Source: Hyphomicrobiales bacterium (GTDB lineage: Bacteria > Pseudomonadota > Alphaproteobacteria > Rhizobiales > TMED25). Taken from it: DNA of 64,000 nt. Under the pieces are notes generated by a model. That model did no database searches. It saw nothing but the letters and a program-made list of their open reading frames with translations, and was not told the DNA's origin. Made by a program: the position numbers and the translations under genes. This document shows, in pieces, positions 58,239 through 64,000 of this stretch. The DNA is taken from contig CBDBEU010000005.1 in NCBI GenBank assembly GCA_965204565.1, positions 442,200-506,199 on the forward strand, written 5' to 3'. Numbering within the stretch: position 1 is the first letter of the stretch; each line of letters opens with the position of its first letter.

Positions 58239-59526
58239 CACGTTCCCCAGATAACGTGACGTTTTCGCGCCTCCGACAGCCGGTAACATGTCATATTTCA
58301 GCATGTTGTGTGGGCTGTAGGGGGCGGATCACGGATCACCCGCAGGGTGCAGGCGAAACGGGTGATATCAGGCTCGGTTTCGACAGTCGGGGGTGGCTGG
58401 CGGGTGCGGCTGGAATTCCATGGCTCGAAGATCGGTTCCGACGGTGGCCCGTTGCCGTTCCGGGAGTTGGACGAGACCCCGGGATTGCACGATATTGCCG
58501 GCGGTCCTCTCGGAGATACGCGAACCGTCCACATTCCGTGGTCGGGCTTTTGCGGCAGCCGGTCTTCGGGCGATCGGCCGGATATGATGATGTGAATGAC
58601 GCGGACCGTCCGGCGCTCGATCCGTTGATGCGGCAGGTGGTCGGAGGGCGTGGCGTTGATGCCGAGGCTGCGTCTGCCGGCCGGATGGGGCGGTTCGAGA
58701 CCGGGGTGTCGGAGGCCGCCGATAATCGCGGTGCGCCGGCGGACGTATCCGGTCAATGGATTGATCGGGGGATTGATCGGGCTCACGCCGCGATGGCGCC
58801 CGAATGGATCACACCGGACATGGACGGTTCGGTCGGCCCGCGCCATGGCGCGCAGGAAGGCACCGCCTGGAACGTGCATTTCGGCTGCATGTGCCATCAC
58901 CCTTTTGTTCGTCCTTAACCGGTTTGGCCGCCTCGAACGCCGTTCATTGCGCCCCGGCAATATTCACAGCGCCGATGGCCGGGAAAATGTGCTCAAGCCG
59001 GTGTTGGCGCGATATGCGGATCGTGAGCTGATGGGGTTCTTCCGGGCCGATGCCGCTTTTGCCGTCCCGGAGCTCTACAAGACGCCGGAGGCGGAAGGCT
59101 GTTCCTACGCCGTCCGGTCTGGGAAGACCGCTGTTCCGGAAAGCAGGATTGCACCTGTGCTCAAGTGCCACGCGGGTCGTCCGCCACGCCCGAGCCATCA
59201 CGTTCCAACCGGCCGAGGCGGCTGTCGGCGGCGCTCTGTTCACCGCATCCTTGCGGCCATCCAACGGCTCCGTGCGCCCCCGGTACCGGCCACCGCTACC
59301 TGCATGACGGTGTCGGCGATCAATCCCGGGGGAAAGCGGCTCGACGGGTCTGACCCGACGGGTGCCGGTCAGACCGACTTCCGGTTCAAGCCCGTTGCAG
59401 CGTCCATAAATCGCGCCCGGTTAACCAACCGGATGCCCGAACCACGACACAGCCCGCCCGAGAGGATTGATCCGTACGCAAAACAGCGGCAGCATGATCG
59501 AAACGGCGTTCTAATCGGGGAATATC
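58239..59526 (+). mobile_element. IS1380-family element copy F (both ends present, large internal deletion)
   Basis: IRL CACGTTCCCCAGATAACGTGACG at 58239. The IRR-type end ...CTAATCGGGGAATATC ends at 59526. The deletion junction near 59179 joins 'VLKCHAGR' to 'PPRPSHH...' (the RHARAITFQ region). Confidence 0.88.
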
Positions 59527-59544
59527 GGAAGAAGGTGGCAGATT

Positions 59545-60717
59545 TTGTTAGGATACGAATCATTGAATCTCACGACCTGCGATATCGCCTTTGTTGGCGG
59601 AGGTCTTGCCAACACGCTGGCGGCGCTGCGCTTGGACAAACTGCGCCCGGATCTCAAGCTCGTGGTGATCGAGAAGAACAGCACCGTAGGCGGTGAACAT
59701 ACCTGGTCCTTTCATGACACCGATCTGACGCCGGAGCAGCTCGCTTGGACTGAAGAACTCATTGCCAATCGCTGGCCACGCCAGGAAGTCCGCTTTCCAG
59801 CCTATTCGCGAATTCTTGAGATCGGCTACCGCTCGATCACATCAGATCTGTTGCACCAGGTCGCCACAGCAGGTCTTGGCGATTCACTCTTTCTCGGCGC
59901 CACGGTCAGCCAACTTGGCAATGATGGTGCGAGGCTCCAGGACGGGCACGCCATCGAAGCACGCGCCGTAGTAGACGGTCGCGGCGTAGCACCCGAGGGA
60001 TCGCTTGTCTTTGCCTGGCAAAAATTCATCGGCCGTGAGATACGCACCATCGAGCCGCATGGGCTAGAAGCACCTGTAATCATGGATGCAACCGTTTCCC
60101 AGCTTGATGGATACCGTTTTGTCTATCTGTTGCCCATTGCACCGGATCGGCTCCTGATCGAGGACACCTACTACACGGATGACCCGGAGCTGGATGACAC
60201 AACGCTCGGACACAGGATCGAGAGCTATGCAGCTGGCAAACGCTGGCGTATCGCCGAAACAATTCGCGAGGAACGCGGCGTTCTACCAATCGCGCTGGGC
60301 GGCGATATCGAGGCGTTCTGGCGAGCCGGCGAGAAGGGTGTAGCGCGGTCGGGCCTCGCTGCGGCTCTGTTTCACCCGACAACTGGTTATTCGTTGCCCG
60401 ATGCCGTTCGATTGGCAGACGAGATTGCGGCCCTGCCCACGCTCGATGGTCCCTCCCTCCTTCAATTGACGAGCAACCGGTCTGTCACAACATGGAAGAG
60501 CCGCGCTGGCTTTCGCTTTCTCAACCGCATGCTGTTCCGTGCCGCACGACCTGGACAACAATGGCGCCTGCTGGAGCGCTTCTATCGTCTGCCCGAAAGC
60601 CTGATCTCGAGGTTCTATGCCGATCGGCTGACATTTGCCGATCGCGCACGGATTTTGTCCGGCCGCCCGCCAGTGCCGCTTGGCCGCGCACTTGCCTGCC
60701 TGTTTGATCGTCAATAA
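59545..60717 (+). CDS. crtY: Lycopene beta-cyclase
   Basis: 'DIAFVGGGLANTLAALRL' FAD fold and a CrtY-like body ('GGEHTWSFHDTDL', 'FHPTTGYSLP'). TTG 59545 lies 6 nt after AAGGTGG. Confidence 0.87.
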   Translation: MLGYESLNLTTCDIAFVGGGLANTLAALRLDKLRPDLKLVVIEKNSTVGGEHTWSFHDTDLTPEQLAWTEELIANRWPRQEVRFPAYSRILEIGYRSITSDLLHQVATAGLGDSLFLGATVSQLGNDGARLQDGHAIEARAVVDGRGVAPEGSLVFAWQKFIGREIRTIEPHGLEAPVIMDATVSQLDGYRFVYLLPIAPDRLLIEDTYYTDDPELDDTTLGHRIESYAAGKRWRIAETIREERGVLPIALGGDIEAFWRAGEKGVARSGLAAALFHPTTGYSLPDAVRLADEIAALPTLDGPSLLQLTSNRSVTTWKSRAGFRFLNRMLFRAARPGQQWRLLERFYRLPESLISRFYADRLTFADRARILSGRPPVPLGRALACLFDRQ

Positions 60718-60728
60718 GCCTGACCAGC

Positions 60729-61667
60729 ATGGATGACATCGTCAATTTTGCGCAAGAGCGCATTGAGAAAGGCTCCAAGAGTTTCACCTCTGCAGCTCGC
60801 TTCTTCGATCCCCAAATCCGGGCGAGCGTCTATATGCTCTATTGCTGGTGCCGATTTTGTGACGATGAGATTGATGGCCAGGATCTTGGATTGGCAACCG
60901 CTGAGGTCACAGCGCCAATCGAACAACGACTAAGTGAACTGGAATACAAGACCCGCTGCGCTATGACGGGCGATGTGAGCGAGCCCGAATTCATCGCCCT
61001 CTCACGGGTTATGGACCGCCACGATATTCCAAGCCGCCTACCGCTTGAGCACCTTGCGGGATTTGCGATGGATGCCGCCGGGACCCGCTACCGGACGCTC
61101 GATGACACGCTCAAATATTGCTGGCATGTCGCCGGCGCGGTCGGTGTGATGATGGCAATGGTTATGAGTGCTCGTCACAGGAACGCGCTCATAAGGGCAT
61201 CTGATCTTGGCATCGCATTCCAACTCACAAATATTGCGCGCGACGTCGTTGCTGATGCGCAAAGCGGTCGTGTCTACTTGCCTGAAGATTGGCTCGCGAC
61301 CGAGAATATTCGGCCCGAAAACATTGCCGCCCGCGCGAACCGCGACGCGCTCCATCGTGTCACTATGAGGCTTCTGGACATCGCTGATCAGTACTACGAC
61401 TCGGCCACATATGGCCTTGCCATGCTGCCGCCGCGGGCCTCGGTTGCAATCAGTGCAGCGCGCTCGGTCTATCGCTCGATCGGAGTCCTGATCAGGCGTC
61501 GTGGATCCCGAGCCTGGGACCAGCGTGCAATTGTCGGATCATCCGGCAAAGCTTTTGCCGTGTTGAGCGGAGCAGGACTGGCCGCCTGGTCGCATGCCCG
61601 CAACATATACACATCGCCACCACCCAGACAGAACCTATATCTGCCGGCCGCCCTCAGCGATCTCTGA
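60729..61667 (+). CDS. crtB: Phytoene synthase
   Basis: 'SKSFTSAARFF', 'YCWCRFCDDEIDG', 'GIAFQLTNIARDVVADAQSGRVYLP'. Confidence 0.92.
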   Translation: MDDIVNFAQERIEKGSKSFTSAARFFDPQIRASVYMLYCWCRFCDDEIDGQDLGLATAEVTAPIEQRLSELEYKTRCAMTGDVSEPEFIALSRVMDRHDIPSRLPLEHLAGFAMDAAGTRYRTLDDTLKYCWHVAGAVGVMMAMVMSARHRNALIRASDLGIAFQLTNIARDVVADAQSGRVYLPEDWLATENIRPENIAARANRDALHRVTMRLLDIADQYYDSATYGLAMLPPRASVAISAARSVYRSIGVLIRRRGSRAWDQRAIVGSSGKAFAVLSGAGLAAWSHARNIYTSPPPRQNLYLPAALSDL

Positions 61668-62402
61668 CGCGCCTTCAAAATGCGCCGCAGGAAGCCTCCA
61701 CCACGGCAAATAGGGATATTCATGATGCTCATGGTGATAGCCAAAATGAAAACAGGTGATCAAAGAGACCAACCACGAATAATCGTTCGAACGCGTGCGA
61801 TGTTTGTCGGAAAAATCAACCGGCCCAGCACGGTGCGGCAGATAGGTGCCGAAATAAAATAGCTGCAGTGAGGCGAGCATTGACGGCAGCCCCCAAAACG
61901 CGAACAGGTAAACTGGATCAGCGCCTGTCACAATCAGATAGCTGACAAACAACAAAGTGATCGTCAGATATTCCCTCCAGCCGAAATAGGTTCCGATAAA
62001 CCGTCCGAACCAGTGCCAGAACCGCTGTGGCTCGGCTGGATCAAAGTCGGGATCCTCGGTGGTTCCCGCATGAATATGGTGCTCGTGATGCTTTGCATTG
62101 AGACGGTTAAATGAAAACCCCGCATAGAGCGTGAGGACGAGCTGGCCAATCGCATGATTTGCAGTCTTGTCGCCAGGAACCAGCGAACCATGCATGGCAT
62201 CATGAGCAATAATGAACAGACCCACCGACAGCCAGCACTGAATGGCCACCGCCAATGGTGCCAGAGCCAGCATCTGCGGCGCGCTCCAGTCGGCTACGAA
62301 GATCACACCAAAATGAACAATCAGCCACGCCGCGATGACGCCAACCGCCAGAACGAGGCCAATCCCACCTTGGCCCGCAATCGTCACAGCCGGGCGTGCC
62401 AT
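61635..62402 (-). CDS. crtW: Beta-carotene 4-ketolase
   Basis: His boxes 'HDAMHGS', 'HHEHHIH', 'HFGYHHEHHEYPYLPWWRLP'. ATG 62402 follows GGAGAG. The 3' end overlaps crtB by 33 bp (convergent). Confidence 0.87.
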   Translation of the reverse strand: MARPAVTIAGQGGIGLVLAVGVIAAWLIVHFGVIFVADWSAPQMLALAPLAVAIQCWLSVGLFIIAHDAMHGSLVPGDKTANHAIGQLVLTLYAGFSFNRLNAKHHEHHIHAGTTEDPDFDPAEPQRFWHWFGRFIGTYFGWREYLTITLLFVSYLIVTGADPVYLFAFWGLPSMLASLQLFYFGTYLPHRAGPVDFSDKHRTRSNDYSWLVSLITCFHFGYHHEHHEYPYLPWWRLPAAHFEGASEIAEGGRQI

Positions 62403-62421
62403 AATCTTCTCTCCGGTGCCT

Positions 62422-63609
62422 CTATGTGCGCCTACGCGCAAAAACATGCGCGACCGTGAGTCCCGCTGCCGCTGTGGCGGCCAATACCGCCCAAGGCAGC
62501 GTGAGGACTTCCCACGTCTCACCGCGCCAGAATATAGCGCCATAAGCATCGATCACCCACGCATTTGGTGTCGTCCAACCAACATCCCTGATCGCCTCGG
62601 GCATCAGGAACCGGGGAACCATACTACCGCCAAGCGCAGAATCGATTATGACTGCAACCGTGCCGATGGTCTGGGCCTGAACATGGGTCTTGCAGATTGA
62701 CACAAAACCGAGCGCCAATGCCGCTGCCGCGACTGCCGAAAACACGGTAGTGATTGCCCAATAGAGGATATTGGATACCAAATCCACGCCGAAGCCGAGC
62801 CAAGCAACAACAAAGATGATGGTGACCTGTACAATGCCTTGGGCCACTAGGAACACGAACTTGCCATCGACCACCGCACCGACTCCACCAGGCCCGGTTG
62901 CAACCCGATCGATCAAGCCACTTTCACGCTCGGTCACCAGAGTTATTGCGCCATTTAGTGCCGAAAACAGCAGAAACATCGCCGCCACCGCACCGGCGTA
63001 ATAGGAGACAGCCGGCACCACCCCTGAGTCTGCAACGGCCGTGGTCTGCTTGATCATACGGCCGAAATCAAGCGGAGCCGGCTCAGGAGCACCCTCAGAA
63101 AGCGGCGCACCGGAAGCGGCAGCAATCACAATATCGGCGAGCTCCGTGAAATAGACCTGTTGAGCTATCCCGCGCACAACCGAAGTGGGAATCTCCCGCG
63201 TCGGATCACTAACTATTTCGATTGGTGCATTGCCCTCACCGGCAAAATCGCCCAAGGCCCGGCCATTGCTCCTGATGACGACACCGACATCGGCAACATC
63301 GTCACGCACCAGTGAATTCACTTCAGCGGAGGTAATCGCGCCCGTACCCAGCAACTCGATCTGCGGGTGTTTGATCAGTCCCTTGACAAAGCGCGTCGAG
63401 GCTTCGTTCGCCTGCTCATCGGATATGGCAAGGCGCACCGCGATGTCGCCGCCACTGGCGCCTACGAAGATCAATGCGAAGATGACGAAAAATGCCGCCG
63501 GCAGTACAAATGCCATCACCAATGCGGCACGATCGCGCGCCAGGGTGAGCAGCATTGCGTTGAAAAAGGCCCGTCGCATGGCGTCACCGTTTGCGGGTGA
63601 AATGGTCAA
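62422..63609 (-). CDS. ABC-2 type transporter permease
   Basis: N-terminal TM, a large extracytoplasmic loop and then 5 TM segments, typical of YhhJ/ABC-2 permeases. It follows an ABC ATPase gene. Alternative start at the Met of 'MRRAFFN' (63579). Confidence 0.78.
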   Translation of the reverse strand: MTISPANGDAMRRAFFNAMLLTLARDRAALVMAFVLPAAFFVIFALIFVGASGGDIAVRLAISDEQANEASTRFVKGLIKHPQIELLGTGAITSAEVNSLVRDDVADVGVVIRSNGRALGDFAGEGNAPIEIVSDPTREIPTSVVRGIAQQVYFTELADIVIAAASGAPLSEGAPEPAPLDFGRMIKQTTAVADSGVVPAVSYYAGAVAAMFLLFSALNGAITLVTERESGLIDRVATGPGGVGAVVDGKFVFLVAQGIVQVTIIFVVAWLGFGVDLVSNILYWAITTVFSAVAAAALALGFVSICKTHVQAQTIGTVAVIIDSALGGSMVPRFLMPEAIRDVGWTTPNAWVIDAYGAIFWRGETWEVLTLPWAVLAATAAAGLTVAHVFARRRT

Positions 63610-64000
63610 GCACAGTATCCAACCCCGGGCGGCGGACCCTGAGTTCCTTTAGTACTGGCTCATTGGACAGAACGTGTTCGATGAAATCTGCGATATCAGG
63701 ATCCGACCACCGGACCAGCACTCGCCAGGAATCGCCTCCATTATCCGGTCTGAAACCGTTACGCATCAGCGTGAAATGCGCCGAACTGCCGTCTTCAACC
63801 CCCTCCGGCCCGACACTGGCAACCAACTCCTTGCTCGATCCAAACAGCTCCGTGATCAACTCACGAGGTGGGCCCGCAGCATGAATGAAGCCGGCAACAA
63901 TGATGCCGACTTGGTCGGCAAGCGCCTCAGCCTCCTCCATGTCATGCGTCGTCAATAAGATTGCCAGGCCCTGATCGCGCAGCCGCAATATTAGGTTCAC
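63584..64000 (-). CDS. ABC transporter ATP-binding protein, C-terminal part (5' end outside the window)
   Basis: 'AILLTTHDMEEAEALAD' (H-loop region). The ORF is open to the window edge. Confidence 0.78.
   Translation of the reverse strand: MNLILRLRDQGLAILLTTHDMEEAEALADQVGIIVAGFIHAAGPPRELITELFGSSKELVASVGPEGVEDGSSAHFTLMRNGFRPDNGGDSWRVLVRWSDPDIADFIEHVLSNEPVLKELRVRRPGLDTVLDHFTRKR

Overview
This is a high-GC alphaproteobacterial chromosome segment with Rhizobiales-like gene content. All family calls come from motifs I recognised by eye; no searches were run.

Backbone genes that look intact:
- an L,D-transpeptidase next to an LdtR-like MarR regulator, hemB, two tandem DUF3108 genes and rpmB
- a membrane class III nucleotidyl cyclase behind an MBL-fold hydrolase, and a NicO/DUF1007 metal-transport pair
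- thiBPQ behind a TPP riboswitch, ccdA, and moaA coupled to a di-haem DUF1111 gene
- a quinone oxidoreductase, a DUF1013 (TrcR-like) gene, a prpE-like acyl-CoA synthetase and a TAXI-TRAP transporter
- plsC, class II ribonucleotide reductase, crtY-crtB with convergent crtW, and an ABC-2 exporter
- tRNA-Arg(CCG) and tRNA-Thr(UGU)

This backbone is heavily decayed. By my own annotation there are about 13 insertion-sequence relics:
- six copies of one IS1380-family element, each with different internal deletions
- one divergent IS1380 relic and a solo IS end
- two IS5-family relics, IS630 and IS3 fragments, and an unassigned DDE remnant

About 15-17 genes are disrupted, against about 40 apparently intact ones. 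The disrupted set includes the whole modABC operon, terC, Bcr-type MFS, TauE, FNT, a sugar ABC transporter, an SDR, a PuuD-like amidotransferase and a fatty-acid hydroxylase. A three-gene P2-type tail-module remnant lies near tRNA-Arg.

Most unusual locus: a 1.1-kb AT-rich single-gene cassette sits inside an IS5-family transposase gene. It encodes an intact secreted protein with a chymotrypsin-fold catalytic triad pattern, and lies next to a lower-GC patch carrying a Sel1-repeat secreted protein and a truncated Dam methylase.

Second notable pattern: four IS1380 copies have their IRR end and transposase direction pointing into the 5' end of an intact gene (prpE-like, TAXI receptor, plsC, crtY). 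This is the ISEcp1-like promoter-donor geometry.

I found no CRISPR array, rRNA or recognisable defence system. Some single-base frameshifts could be assembly errors. The deletions, IS truncations and nonsense codons cannot be.
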